From the human T2T-CHM13v2.0 reference genome, Homo sapiens: 64,000 nucleotides of DNA. This document shows, piece after piece, positions 39,193-53,430 of the stretch; the first letter of the stretch is position 1, and each line of letters begins with the position of its first letter. The DNA lies in NCBI RefSeq assembly GCF_009914755.1, contig NC_060926.1; one strand, 5' to 3'. The position numbers and the translations under genes are program-made. The notes under the pieces were generated by a model. That model worked only from the letters and a program-made list of their open reading frames with translations. It ran no database searches and was not told the DNA's origin.

Positions 39193-42100
39193 CGCGATTC
39201 TAGAACCCACTGAAGTGTACACTTCCAATGGGTGCATTTTATGGCATGTGAATTATATCTCAAAGTTGTTGATATATTCATGCGATGTCTCAAGGAACAC
39301 TCAGGAAACACAAATGAAGCAACTGAAGCCTCCTGAGCTACTCACTCCTGCCTCAACTTCCCACGGGCCCAGCGGTCACTTCTTCCCTGGACTCAGGGGC
39401 CAGGCTTCCCTCGAATGACGCATGGGAACCCCCTTTGTGCCCTTCAGCTCCAGGCCAAGATCCTCACCCATCAGCAATGGTGTCTGTGGGGCCTCTGACA
39501 CCTGCCCATCCAGCCACTGGGCTCTGCCTCTTCACAGCCTCACCTGGTGAGCCAGGACCTGAAGCCTAGAACCTGAAACATTAACCCAAACTCATTGCCC
39601 GTGTGGCCCACTGGAGCCTGGAACCGGAGGCTCATGGTCACCGTGAGGGCACAAGGGCTCAGATGCATGTTGCCATGCTCAGAATTCCGCTTCTGGCTAT
39701 AACCTCGGCTGTTGATCAGGGAGTGTCTGCAGAGCCAGGCTTCAGATCATGTGCTGCTCTGCAGATCGGGGACATGCTGGAGGCATGCTGCCACCAACTC
39801 CATCTCGCTGGGCTGAAGTACTCAGAAATGAGGGGCAATTCTCACCAGAAAGGGGAGAGCCCTGCTGGCCCAGGTGGGCTCCAAGAAGGGGGACTGAATT
39901 CTGCTAACACAAAGCACCCATGTGGGTTCTGCAGTGCCATTCATGCATTCACATGCTGCTGCACGGAGGCCTGCGTCCGCACCCGGGCAGTTTGGTTTAA
40001 GGTCATAGGTGGAGTCCTTCCCACATAAACTTTTTAAGGCACAGGGATGGTGAAGAAGTGTTTGCTCCATGCATCACAGGATTTGATCTTGCTGGAACTC
40101 CATTCATATGACCAGAAATGTGGATGCCCATGCCTTTTCCTATGCAGCCAATTTGCCTAGTAAATAACAACTAACTGCTAAGGAAGAACCAGATCAAGAG
40201 TAGATTGCCTCCTTGCACCTTTTAAATGAAATAAAACTTTGAGAGCAAGTAAAGTGCATCTCATTATTATTTCATTTTTTTTCCTGCAGTGGGATATGCA
40301 GGAATCCTGTTTTTTTTTTTTTTCCTGAGCAGTCAGAGAGAGTTCCACTGCCTCTATCTAGTGGCAAATTGGGGATTTAATGCCTTAATAACCAGCCCTT
40401 GTCCTTGTGAACCGCCTTTTGTGGGCGGTCTCCAAGTTCCTTCCAAACAGTGACTTAATTAATGCCCACAGCAGCCCTGTGCTCCAGCAAACGTGATAAT
40501 CCGCCCTTCACTGCTGACAGCCCTGGGAAGGCCGGTCATCCTGGGAGAGAACTGTGCAGGGCAGAGCTCAGCAGCAGCAGACCAGAGTCAAAGGAGTGGG
40601 TGGAAGGTCGTGTCTGCATGGAAGGTGAGGAGGTGTTTATCCTCCTTCCTCTGCAGCAGGGAGCACAGGCGTCTGCTTGCTGGCAGCTTCTCAGGAGCTC
40701 CAGCATCTGTGTCTGGGCATCCCGGATGGGCACCCTGCCTGACTCTGATTCATAATCTGAGTGCTCAGCCCAGAGCCCAGAGCTCACAGAAGCAAAGAAA
40801 TGAATGCAGATAAGATGTATTTAGGCCAAGAATGGCCAGCAAGGCAGGCAATGAGTGCCAATGCTGGGGCGAGCAAGAGGACTAGATCCCAGGAGCTGAA
40901 GTGGAGCAGGCAGGTTTCCGGGGAAGAAGATTCACTGGAGTTCCCCTTAAGAGGGGTGCTATCAGCCCCATGAGAAGCAGAAGCTAGAGAGTGTGCCAGA
41001 AAGAAAGGCTTTGGTGAGTCAGGATACAAGGCTTTTGAACTCCGAATTAAGATATTTGGACTTTTTTTTCTCTTCTTACCTACAAAGGGCTATTGGATTT
41101 CTTGGAGTGACACAGCGTTAAAATCAAAATTGTGTTTTAGGGTGATCTTTTCGGCCCTAATTCAAAATGCAAATTTTCTAGCTGGGCTGGCACTTGTATC
41201 CATAGATACCAGGTGTCCTGGTGTGGGATGAATCATAAGCTCGACCACGCGGGTTTTACAAAGGGATGCATGGCCTCAAGAGCACTGCAATGCTGAAGAG
41301 AATGGGTGCAAGGGCAGGGCCTTTAAGCACACGGCCTCCGAGGAGTCTCTGTTTCTGGGGACTTAATTTGGGCTCCACGATAATGATGGAAAGGAGACAG
41401 TGCAGGCGCAGCATGCAGGATGTTCACCAGCAGCGTCCTTATCACACTTGATCCTCACAAAAAGGCCACGTTCTTGCATGGTTGTTGCCACCGTGCTCTA
41501 AAGATAAGGAAGCCATGGCTATGGGAGGCCAGGCAGCTCCTCCCGCAGCTGGACCACCTGGAAGGCTACCTCACCTCCATGCCTGCACCTTCTGGGCTGT
41601 GAAACAGGATCCTAAAAGGGCTATCTTTGGGCCTTCCAAGCAAAACACACATCAGGGCACCTCATTAAGTAGCAAGTGTGCAAGGCATTATATGAATTAC
41701 AAAGTTCTCTGCAAACTCAAGAGACTCATAGCTGCTCTGGCTTTGCAGCTGTTTTAGAGATAGGGAAAACCACATGAGGAAACAAAGGTGGAAGGAGAAG
41801 CCTGTGAGGCAAGGGAAGGAGGGGGCGGGAGGAACTTCCCACCAGCACACCGGCTGTCCACTCTGCCCCGGGTTCCAGGACAGGTTCTGTCTCATATTTC
41901 ACTTGTTCATTTCCTTCAACAATCCTGTGAAGTGGCAGCCCTTTGTCTATCTTGCAGATGTTGTGTAACCCATACAAAGTGAGATTCCGGCAAGCATTCC
42001 AACTGGGGTCCCTCCAGGAATATGGGTGGGACTCCCAGGTCAGGAGGCTCGCTGCAATCATGGTACAGCAGAACAAAGGAAAGCTTCACAAAAAGTTAAT

Positions 42101-43808
42101 GAGGGAGGGGCTGGAACCTAAAAGGACACACACCATCCACTGTTTTCTTTAATAAAATGTCAACTTAGGAAGGAAGATTTGCATTCATCTTGGGTCAGCT
42201 AAAGCCTTGTAAGGATTCACTCATCAATTAGGTGCTAGGAGCTTTGTCCACATCCACTGTTTGGGTGCAGGGGACAACGCTGTGGTGAAACCATACAAAG
42301 CCACTGCTCTCTGGAGCTTAGATGCCCAGGCAGGGATGGCAAACAAATGCACAGACACGTGATATGCCAGGGGAGAGAGGCATTCAGACACCAGAACACA
42401 GAGCAAGAAGATGGAGAGGGTCAGGAAGTGGCTGTTTCAGGAAGACTGGCCGGGAAGCTGTCTGAAAACTTGGATGCCTGAGCAGAGAAATTCCTCCTCC
42501 TGCCTATTAAGCCACCAAAGCAAAGCCCTTTGGAATTTAAGATGGGGAAGCACACGAAACCCTAGCTCAAGAGTTCTCACAGCCGCCATGGCACTGTTCA
42601 CTTTTCTAAATGCTGCCAAGCCAGACAATTCCTCAGAGGTCCAGGATTCTGTAGAAATAACCAGGAATCCAACACCCTTCTCTGTCACAGCACTCAGTGG
42701 CTGCTGATGCATGAGGTAGCTTCTGTGGGAACTGGGGAAACATATGTGAAAGAAGAACTCCAAAGACAATAAAAGACAAAAATAATATTTAGAATCAAGA
42801 GGGAGAAAGAAGCTGGCATGCTGGATAAGAAAAGCAAAACATATATAAATACATATGTATGCACATGCATCTGTAATCATCTAGATCACGTGAAGACACG
42901 AAACCACATAGGAGCTACCAGTACATGCATCTAAGTGTCTGAATTTCCTGCCAATCTGGGCAACGGCATTCTGAAATCCATCAGCCAGAGCACAGCTAAT
43001 TAAAGCAGACCCACATTTTCTTAGCATGAATTTCACCACACAGATGGCAATTTAAAAGCATCTACCTGCTTAAATTACAATGTAAAGGAGGAGATATTAA
43101 AATCTTGCTAATAATTGAGTCCAAAGGCCTATCGACAGCTGTGCTGCCTCCCCTGAAAGACAGCCAGGTGGGGAGGCAGGCTGGGTCTCCTGGGGCTTCA
43201 CACAGAGCCATCATTACAGGCTGGGGAGTGGCTTGGGCTATTGCCGTATTCATGGACTCGTAGACTCCACACTGAGAGTTGCCCTAGAGACTCAACGCTC
43301 CCTGCTTATCGCACTGGTGAGGCCAGCAGGCGCCTGCACTCACCTGACATCAACTAACCTCCTTCCTTTGTAGCATTCTGCATCTTCTCAGGTTTGCAAA
43401 AGTTATTCAGGAGAACAGACAATTGTGAACACAATCTAATTACCCAATGGCATAGGAAGGGCTTTGTGATTGATAACAAGTCCATGTCCCAGTATGGACG
43501 AGAGGACCTCTGATTTGAAAAAGGAAGCTAGCTTGAGAGATGGGCTTCCAGCCAGTGCCTTCAACTGTGGATCTACCTGCTCTAAGTTGCAGGTTCCCCC
43601 TTCATACTGCGAAGGTCACAATACCTTGCTGTGTGGTGTCTGGGTGAATTACATGACAAAATACACAACATACAGCCAGGGTCCAATAGACACAACTCTT
43701 TCATCCCCAAGTAAAACAAGTATTATGAAGACTTTGTAGCAATGTTTAAGCACTTAAGATGTAACTTTGAAAAAGTATACTTTAGGTTGCAAAATTATAA
43801 GTATAATC

Positions 43809-43870
43809 CTATCTATCTATCTATCTAACCATCCATCCCTCCATCCATCCATCCATCCATCCATCCATCT
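43809..43870. repeat. (TATC)n/(TCCA)n compound microsatellite
   Basis: Direct reading. Confidence 0.9.
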
Positions 43871-45214
43871 TATAATCCAACAAAACACAGAAGGGATGCT
43901 ATGTGTTCACTGTCTTCCTGTATGTGAATGCTAGGTTTCTGGGGCAGAGACTGCATTTCAATTTCTTTTATATTTTTCAAAATTTTGGGCCTTTAAGGAT
44001 TTAATTTGTTGTTTTTATTTAAGTACCTGTTTCACCTAAAAGTATTAATAACATGTTAATCTAGTGAAAGCAGGTATCTGTTTTGTACACAAGCACTACA
44101 CTCTTAAAATTAAGTTTATTTCTCACTATTCGTGCCTTTATCCTATACACACACAAACGCACACACGTACATAATTGATTTTCCACATGGATTCAAAAGA
44201 GTAAAGCCTGCATAAAGAAGACAGTATAGACCCAAAGCAAGTGGACTCTACTTTTAAAATCTCAGATGACACTAAGCAGGTTTGATTTTTCTTTCTCTTT
44301 TCCTCACTTAATAATATTCTAGGGCAGACAGAATAAGACCTTCTTGCCTAGTGTCTGTTTCTCTGTCTGTTGTCTGCCCTCAGACACTAACTCAGGTCAT
44401 AGCAGAAGATGAAGTTGGCCATCTCCTTGGGTTGCAGGTCGAGTTTGGTGCATCCCAGAGCCCTCCCGCCATCCCACTGGATGGTGGCCATGGAGAGACA
44501 GAGGAGCAGAGGGAGAGACAAAGGAACAGGGATGGAAGGACCTGCATTGGTCACTAGTAACTTAGCAACCCATGGGCCAATATGAAGAGCAAGATTCTCA
44601 CTGGGTCATGTGCTCCAGTGCTCCTTTTGTGGAGGAGGGAATCTTGAAGACATTGGGTCAGATTGAGGCCCGGCCAGGCCGCTCATCGGATTCAGCCTTT
44701 CCTGCTCTCCGCCGTTTATGGCATGGTGCATGCTGCAAAGCAATGCAAAGTTGAGGAGTGATTAGACCCTCAAACCCTCAGGAAGTAGCAGGGGATCCAG
44801 GGCCTGAACACTTGGACTGTGTCCTCTCCACTTGGTCAATGGATTCTCCTGTTTCACGCAGAGATCAACAACTCCCCCAGAAAGGTGAGCCCAATGTTTG
44901 TATAGGAGGCTGGGAAAGAGGCCCTGCAGTTCCTCAACACCACCTACATTTCGTTTTTGAGTTCCAGAGAGAGAACGCCTCCTAAGGAGGGCTGCTCTCC
45001 ACCTGTCTACACTCACGTGGGCATATTACATAGAGCTGGGGGAGCCGCTGATTTGTGAGTTGACAGATGGAGAGGATGGTTTTGACTTGGGTAAGAAATA
45101 TCTTCCCACCTTAGTACAACACTAGATGCTGGCTTCTGTGTAAATTTAGCTTTATCTCCATTTCTCACAAAAAGAAATTAATTTGGTGACTTATGTAAGG
45201 TCAAGTAACATGCC

Positions 45215-45576
45215 CGATATGGTTTCGCTGTGTCCCCACCCAAATCTCATCTTGAATTGTAGCTCTCATAATTCTCATGTGTTGTGGGAGGGACCTGGTG
45301 GGAGGTAATTGAATCATGGCGGGCGAGTCTTTCCCATGCTGTTCTTGTGACAGTGAGTAAGTCTGATAAGATTTGATGGTTTTATAAAGGGGAATTCCCC
45401 TGCACACACTCTCTTGCCTGCCACCATGCGAGATGTGACTTATTCCTCCTTGCCTTCTGCCATGATTGCGAGGCCTCCTCAGCCTTGTGGAACTGTGAGT
45501 CAATTAAACCTCTTTCCCTCATAATTACTCAGTCTTCGGTATGTCTTTATTAACAGCATGAGAACAGACTTATACA
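45215..45576 (+). mobile_element. MaLR solo LTR (THE1B/C-like) inserted in a MIR
   Basis: gatatggtttcgctgtgtccccacccaaatctcatcttgaattgtagct...gagaacagacttataca; TSD atgcc. Confidence 0.9.
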
Positions 45577-45964
45577 ATGCCCAAGGCCACTCAGACAAGA
45601 GAACAGATTTGGTATCCAAGCCCAGAGGCCCTAACCCCAAGTCCACTTATCTCAAGTGATACATAAATATATTCTCAGTGTGGGGGGTTCAGACTTCATG
45701 GATAACACTCAAGTTCCTTTAGATCCATGTCATTCTCTGCCATGCAGGCAAACACCTTTGTTAGTTTTTTCTATATTTGCTCTACATGTATCTACATGCA
45801 TGCATGCACACATGCAACCTCACACACAGGCTGCCACACCCTTAGTCCTACTACATATGGAAATGCTAGAATTACTTCATTTTTTACCATAAATGTTATA
45901 CTGTAAATATTCTTCTATTTTTTTTTCAGTTTGAGTTGATAACATTTACATGCCAGTGTAATTA

Positions 45965-46257
45965 TTTTATTTATTTTTTGATATGGTATGCTCTGTCACC
46001 CAGGCTGGAGTGCAGTAGCAGATCTCAGCTCGCTGCAACCTCTGCCTCCTGGGCTCAAGGGATCCTCCCACCTCAGCCTCCCGAGTAGGTGAAACTACAG
46101 GTGTGCGCCACTGCACCCGGCTAATTTTTGTATTTTTTGTAGAGACGAGGTTTCACCATGTTGTCTAGGCTGCTCTTGAACTCCTGAGCTCTAGCAATCT
46201 GCCCAGCTCAGCCTCCCAAAGTGCTGAGATTACAGGTGTGAGCCACCATGCCCAGCC
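45965..46257 (-). mobile_element. Alu (J-like)
   Basis: Antisense dimer; 13-bp TSD gccagtgtaatta at 45952 and 46258. Confidence 0.9.
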
Positions 46258-47728
46258 GCCAGTGTAATTAGCTATAGCTTGATTGTCAGGATTGGTGGGG
46301 GCTGTTATTCCATAGTATAGCTACAATCAGTTTATAAAACTATCACGTGTTGATATAAATTCAGGGTTTCTTTTCCTATTTTTCACCAAACACTCAATAC
46401 TGTAATAAAATGTTTGTATGTGTCTCTTTCTCATGCACACATACCTATATTTCTCAAGGGTAGAGATTTATTTAAAATTTCCAGATGCCAAGGAGTCGCC
46501 CTTCAGAGTGTTCTCATGAATTTATCCTCAGCACAGGAAGGCGCACGTTCACGAACACATTTGCCAGTGTGGGGTTACATCTCACTTGACTGCTGATTTC
46601 ATGGTGTATTTGTGTATGACAGATTATCTGAGTCAGAATAGGTAGTTCCTAGACATGTCTACCTCCTCTTCTATGATGTAGCTATTTCCTTCATCTTTAT
46701 TACATTGTTTATATGCACTCTGCATACTTAATCTTTTCATATCATAGTTCCCCCAGTTTACTGCTGGTCTTTTGGCTTTGTTTACAAACTTTTCTTGTTC
46801 CTAAGTTTTAAACTTTGATCTACTTACATTCATCAGTCTTTTGTAATGTCTACGTTGTATGTGGCACCTAAGAAGGCTTTTCCTATTCTAAGGGAAAAGA
46901 CAGGCTCCAGGATTTTCTCCTAATCCTTGCATATATTTGATTTTCAAAATGTAGATCTTTAATTAGCCAAAGTTTATTTGGGATTGATGTAAAACAGGAA
47001 CCTGACCCAGTTAGCATAGCTCCAGGGACCCCAGCTGCCTCTGAGCAGCTCCTTCCAGAAGACCGAGGACCTTCCCTCCTGCAGCAGAAGGCTGTGAACT
47101 GCACAGGTGAGTCTGCGTCCTCAGGGTCCCTCTCTGCTTAGTAAGTGACGATGGGCAGACACCTGAGAAGAGAACCACGGGCAACGCTGGCTGGACGGTC
47201 TCCCGGAGGGGCTGCTTTAGAAGGGTGGGGAGCTTAGGAGGGTGAAAGGCTTTTCTAAAGAAGTGATAATTGGGTTCCTACTGCCTGAGAAACCAGCCAA
47301 GAAAGGCCCAGACTGAGGACACAGCAGGTGCACAGGTACAGGAGAAAGGGATTCAGATTCAAGGAGTAAACAGGAGGCCTGGGATTTGCAGAGAGCAGGG
47401 GTGGAGTAAGGTGGGAGGTGGGCAGGGGAAGGTTGACATGGGAGGCTGATGCCCCAGACATGTCCAGGCTGATTTCTAGCAGTGGCAGGAGGCTTTTAAA
47501 GGGTTTATGTAGGGAGCAAATGACATAGCTTATGTTTAAACAGCCCTCTGGGGCCTAGTCCTTTCTGTTCTATCTGGAAAATAGGTGGTGAGGAGTGAGG
47601 GTCGATTGGAGAACATTTATGAGGACATGGGTCATATTTTCACTTATCTGGGGCCCTTCTGATCTTAAGAAACTTAGAGGACAAGGAAGATGACTTTTAC
47701 TTGCATTCATTAAATGTGTAAGTTTACC

Positions 47729-48246
<518 letters not shown>

Positions 48247-48684
48247 TCAGAATGTTGGTTAAATATGGCCTTACTTCGCCATGGCAACCCCACAGGCACA
48301 CATCTACTGAGGCTATGCAGGATTCCTTCCAAATTGGGAGGGATTTCTGCCAGGGTACAAGTGGATTCTTTCTCTCTCCTCACGGTTAGGAGCACATGTC
48401 CCAGAGAGCTCCGGTACCCACCTCGAAGTGGTCTGACAAGCTACAGTCCATCCTCTGTGCTGGTTAACATCTTCTCATGCAAATTTAAATGCCCTTATTT
48501 TATGGGACAGTGTTTTCCTTGGCAGGCTCAGAGTTCCACAGCATTAATTTTAGGTATTTTTTTTAAACAAAAGGATACACAAATTCTACCTTTAAATGAT
48601 GATACAAGTATTGAGAGAGATTTCAACCTCTCCTGTTCCATCTATTAACCTACAGACCTTTTCCGGTCTGGAAGTATGCCAACA

Positions 48685-48830
48685 GATAACACCCTAAGTC
48701 AAAGGTCAAATGCTGCACTTGACCTCCAAGATGCCCGCTTGGGCCTCTTCCAAGTGTACTTTCCTTTCTTTCGTTCCTGCTCTAAAGCTTTTTAATACAC
48801 TTCCATTCCTGCTCTGAAAAAAAAAAAAAG
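48685..48830 (+). mobile_element. MER41-like LTR fragment ending in poly(A)
   Basis: gctgcacttgacc...cttccaagtgtacttt...gttcctgctctaaagctttttaatacactt...cctgctctg followed by A13. Confidence 0.6.
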
Positions 48831-51800
48831 AAAAGTACACAATATGTGGGTGCACAATGTCAGTTCTTTGTCCGTATTTATCTTTCCAAAAACAATGATT
48901 CAACAGCCTGCAAATTGATATGGTCAACTCAGGCACATGTGATGGAAGGCGGGTCACCTGCCTACCTGCGACCAAATACTGGCGGAGGCGTTTCATCTTA
49001 AATAACTACTTTTCAGAACTGGCCACAGATACTCAGAGGCCAGCATGTCAAATGTCAGTCACATTCAGGACTCACCTACATGGCCCAGGAGAGGGTAAAT
49101 TTTCTTCACCATCTAGGAAAGAAAGCATCTTTCATGATACTTGTTGGGTTAGCCTGTGATACTGACAAAGGTGTGCTGCCCACATCTTTGTCAATGAAAC
49201 AGAGTAGATGTGAGTCAGGCTATTTTAAACTGCGCCCCAGGGAAAGACACTGTGAGGTCATCTTGATGGGAAAGAAAAAAGAGTAGAGGTGGAAGGGACA
49301 TCAGGGTGGGGGCCTGAGTCACCTTTATGGCCAGTGTGGGCACTTTACCGAATCCTAGACACCAGCTGCCTCCCTCAGAGGAGTGTTGGGCTGGACTGCA
49401 TAGACTCGTGCATGAACTGTTCATCTCAGCTGTGCACAGAATGTCCATTAGAGAAGGGGGCAGCCTGTTTCCCAGGAGCTGCCTGGATGTTGCCTGTGGA
49501 TGGTCCTCTGGCTGGCCTGCGTGTGTGAAGAACTCGGCTGAGCTCCGCCCAAAATTGTGTGGGCAATCTCTCTCTCTCCACTTCAGGAGGCTGGCATAAG
49601 CCTACACCAACAGATTGGGTAGTGCCTAATATCCAGTGGGTGTGGACGGGAAGCTCCCAGCACGGGCTCCTGAAGGACCCCACAGAGGTAGAACTCGGAG
49701 CAGCTCCCCTGCCCTGGCGGCACAAGGCTTTTGCTGTTTTTTTTTTTTTCAAACAACATAGAGGACTGAATAGTTGGATGGGGAGCAACCTGGAAAGGCT
49801 GTCTAGCGAGTCTTCCTCTTCGACGAAGTGAATTCTTCTCTTTCTCAGGGACGCAGCCTTGGACCACGTGGCCCTCTGATACAGAAGAATGTTTGTCTGT
49901 GGGCATGAACTCTTTCAAGCATTAACGTTAAAATCAATGCAAAATGTGTTTTCTGGGGTGGGCTCTTCCTTTTGAGAGAACTATAATGCAGTGATAAGAT
50001 TGAGCGGTGTTCACTGGATTAGGCACCTTTGAAATTACCCAATTTTAAAGCCCCTCAATTCAAACAAAAATTTAGGGCAGAATTACTTTGCCAGCTTGCT
50101 TTCTTTATATCTGGAAAACTTGGACTCTCTTCCGAGAAGATATTTTACGTTGATTTTTAAAATACTTCTCTCAAAACAAATGCCAATTTCAAATAATTCT
50201 GAAATTTTTTATCTTGACTATAATCTAAAAATTAACATATTTTATCTACCTTCTGCCACTACTCTTACTAAAATTAATTCTCAAAAGGCACCCATTCAAG
50301 ATCCCTCTTGTAGGCGTCTTGGAATATATATACTACATTATTATTAGCTAGCGTCAGCCTGCAAGGTAATAGAACACCAGAACTTATTCTTACAATTACT
50401 ATGTGTTGATTAGAAACAAAATTAATTAAAAAAACAAACAAAATAACACAGCACCCAAACCCGCCCAGTGCAGGTGCACACTCTGGTTCTGCCTTGCTCT
50501 TTCTGGCATTTGGTTGGCTTGGTCATTTCATTGCTCTTGAAATTCCCTCCCCTTGTGGCTGACAGAATTCACTTGATAATTTCCAAGCTGCTCTTTCTAT
50601 TCCTTCCTCTGCCAAATTAAAATGTTTCCTAGATTCTGTTCTTGAGCCTCTACTTTCATCCTTGGCAACTTCATTCACTGTAGGAATTTAACTTCTACCT
50701 CTAATTAAACAACTCATAAAGCTTTATATCCAGGCCGGCTTTGTTGTTGCCATTGGTTTTTTTCCTACCAAAGCTTCTACTCCCAAATTTCCAGTGTCTG
50801 CCTACTTTCCCCACGCAGGCACCCAGTGACAGCTCATCCTAAGATCCTTCCATAGCCAGCCGCAGTCCACCAATTCTGACTTCCTCCTGTTGTCAATATC
50901 ATCAAGGTGTTCTCAATCAGCTTCCTACAACCAGAAAATCACCTTTGAGTCTTCCCTCTGTCCTTTTCATTTTCAACCAACTGCAGGGCTTCTGCATCTT
51001 TTCAGCCTTAGCTCTGACTTAGCTCCCACCGCGTGGACGCGTTCCGCCTGTCCCACCACAGCTGCCCGTGCCCAGGCCTGACTGTCCCAGCCTGTACTAT
51101 CTCACTGGGCTCCCGTGGGTCTGTTTTTATTGCCCCCACTGCATCTGAACCATTTGTACAGTGATTTTTTTCTTTTTTACTGTGGACATGTTCTGTGTTT
51201 TTAATTTTATAGGCAAACCCAATATAGATGGAAGTTCAGGGGCCCTGGATGGAGGGTAGGAGGCGTGGGGCCCTGGCTCCCTGGCATTGCTTCTTCCCTA
51301 GGTTGGCCACAGCACTGCCTCCAAGCCTTGGGCTTCACAGAGCAGTTGGAACTCACAGCAGCGTGCCCCGCCTCGGTTTGCTCTCCTCAAGCTCCCGGAG
51401 TGAGTCCCTGAACAAACAGTTACACATAGCCTCCTGGTCTGGGGATACCAGCTCCCTCTCTACTGTGATTCCCGTTTATCAGTCTACAGGGTCCTTGAAT
51501 GTGAGGGCTGTGCTGTGTTTATCTTGTCTGGTATTTCACACCAAACAGCAGCAAATGATACTTGTTGAATCAAAGTCAATTTTAAAATTAGCATCTGTAA
51601 GAAACATACAGAGTGATTTTCCCATAAAAAGACAGCTAGGTTGGGAGATAAGTGGTGTGTGATATTCCCCCTCCACTGGAATAGTGTAGGGGAACTTCTG
51701 AGATCCTTTGAGAAAAGTAATCAGATTGTTTTAAGCTGGGACATCAATACGCCCAAGTCTTCCTGAGCACGTGTGGTGCACCCAGCTCCCTGGTGGACTC

Positions 51801-52329
51801 ACCTGTGACAGTGTGACAAGGGACTCGTTCACCGAAACACAATGCAAGAACACAGGGACATTAGCATACTCATTTACATAAATTTACATATAACATTCCT
51901 GTCACCCCCAGCTCCCAAACCTGCACACTGAATGAATTTTTTAAAAAGGTAGTGTGACCTATTGCAATTATACTCAAACTCAATATTCAGAACAAGATAC
52001 ATGAAGCAAAAGCAAAATCTGAACTAATCATGTGCCTGATTGGGACAAAGGCAGAGCTTCAGCAAGAAATAGAAAACCAAACATCCAGTGCCAAGTTCTC
52101 CTCCTAATCGGTGCTTCAAAGTAGCAGGGCCAGCCCTGGCTGCCTGGTCCTGTTATTGTTCATTTAACAGACTTTCCCTCAGTACCACCATGTGCCATGC
52201 TCTAGTTAGGGGTCTAGGGCTTGAAGCTTTATTTAACAATTATAATAAAACTGTGGCCTAGGTGTTACTGTCCCCATTAAACACACCTCTTAAAACTTAA
52301 AAACACATTTTTACGGCTTCACCCTATGC

Positions 52330-53430
52330 CATATGACGTGGCCCCAGTCTGTCCCCTCCACTGTGTGACAAGGGTGTGCGGGGGACGTGGGTGAGAGGTT
52401 TGCTGGGGCCGGCCCATCTCTGCCCGCACCAGAGGAGACTGAGGAGAAGGGTTCAGAGACCGGGTGTCCCAAGGCCGTGCCCAGGAGGGAGACTGGAGGG
52501 TCTGGGTTGCGAGCTGTGGATCCTGGCAGCCCTGCAGGGATTCTAGCAGGGGTGGCCCGGGCCGAGGGAGGCCCAACTGTTCCGCAGACAGAAAGCTGTC
52601 TCTCAGCTAAACACACGCCAACAATAGCAGCCAACCAGCTAATTGCTCACCACCCACTACAAGCTCAGTGCGTTAGTAAGAAAGCGGCTTCTCAGGCCTC
52701 GCTGGCTTCCTAGGACAGGAAATGCCCGTGGTGGAGGTTGTTCTGCAGGTCAAGGTTCGCTGCAGGAGGGCGGGGTGCCCAGTGCGGCCTCTGCCTGCCT
52801 CCCCGAGGCCCGGGAGGTACAGGGAACCTCTCCGTCCAGGGCGGGGCCCGCTCCTCAGAGGACTCCTGAGTCAGCCACCCCAGGGTGCTTTCTGGTGGAA
52901 TGTTCTTGAACACTGGCATAGCCTTGTGCGGGGCCCCTCAACACCAGGAGGGCGGGTCTTGAGAAAACCTGCCCCTCTCCTCGGGAGTGGAAGGCTCGCC
53001 TCTGTGGGGTTATCCTGGGGCCACGGGGTGCTTTTCTCTGAGTGTGGGGCCCCGTCACGACCAGCGGAGCCCACAGGACAAAGCTCAAGAGCCCCAAGTG
53101 ACGCCCAGAGAAGGGCAGCGTCCAGGCGGGGGCACATCGGATCGCTCCACCTGGACCCCTCGCCACCTCCAGCAAAAGGGGAGAGGAAGAGAGATGAGCC
53201 GTGCACAGCTGCCTCAGTGTGAACCCCCCATCGCCGCTGCCGCCACAGACTGAGCCGCCCCTGAGAGAGGCAGGTGCAGCTGCCTCATCTGGGAGATCCG
53301 AATCCGGATCCGGATCTGGAGCTGGCCAGAAGTCAGGAGAGCTCCACCCCGGGAGGCAGAGCACCCTCCCGGCTGGTGAGTGCTTCCAGGCACCTCTCTG
53401 CCCAGCCCAGCAACAGCTGCACGTGGAGCA
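52330..53430. promoter_or_regulatory. GC/CpG-enriched intronic segment, candidate regulatory element
   Basis: Visibly raised GC and CpG density without a recognisable repeat; GC boxes gggcgggg at ~52768 and ~52839. Confidence 0.4.

Noticed and set aside
43344-43509. Possible minus-strand cryptic exon with a cag|gtgagt donor
   Set aside because: The acceptor is only moderate, and such pseudo-exons are expected by chance in a long intron.
44387-44491. Minus-strand short ORF MATIQWDGG...CYDLS*
   Set aside because: No recognisable family, weak -3 context and unconvincing splice signals.
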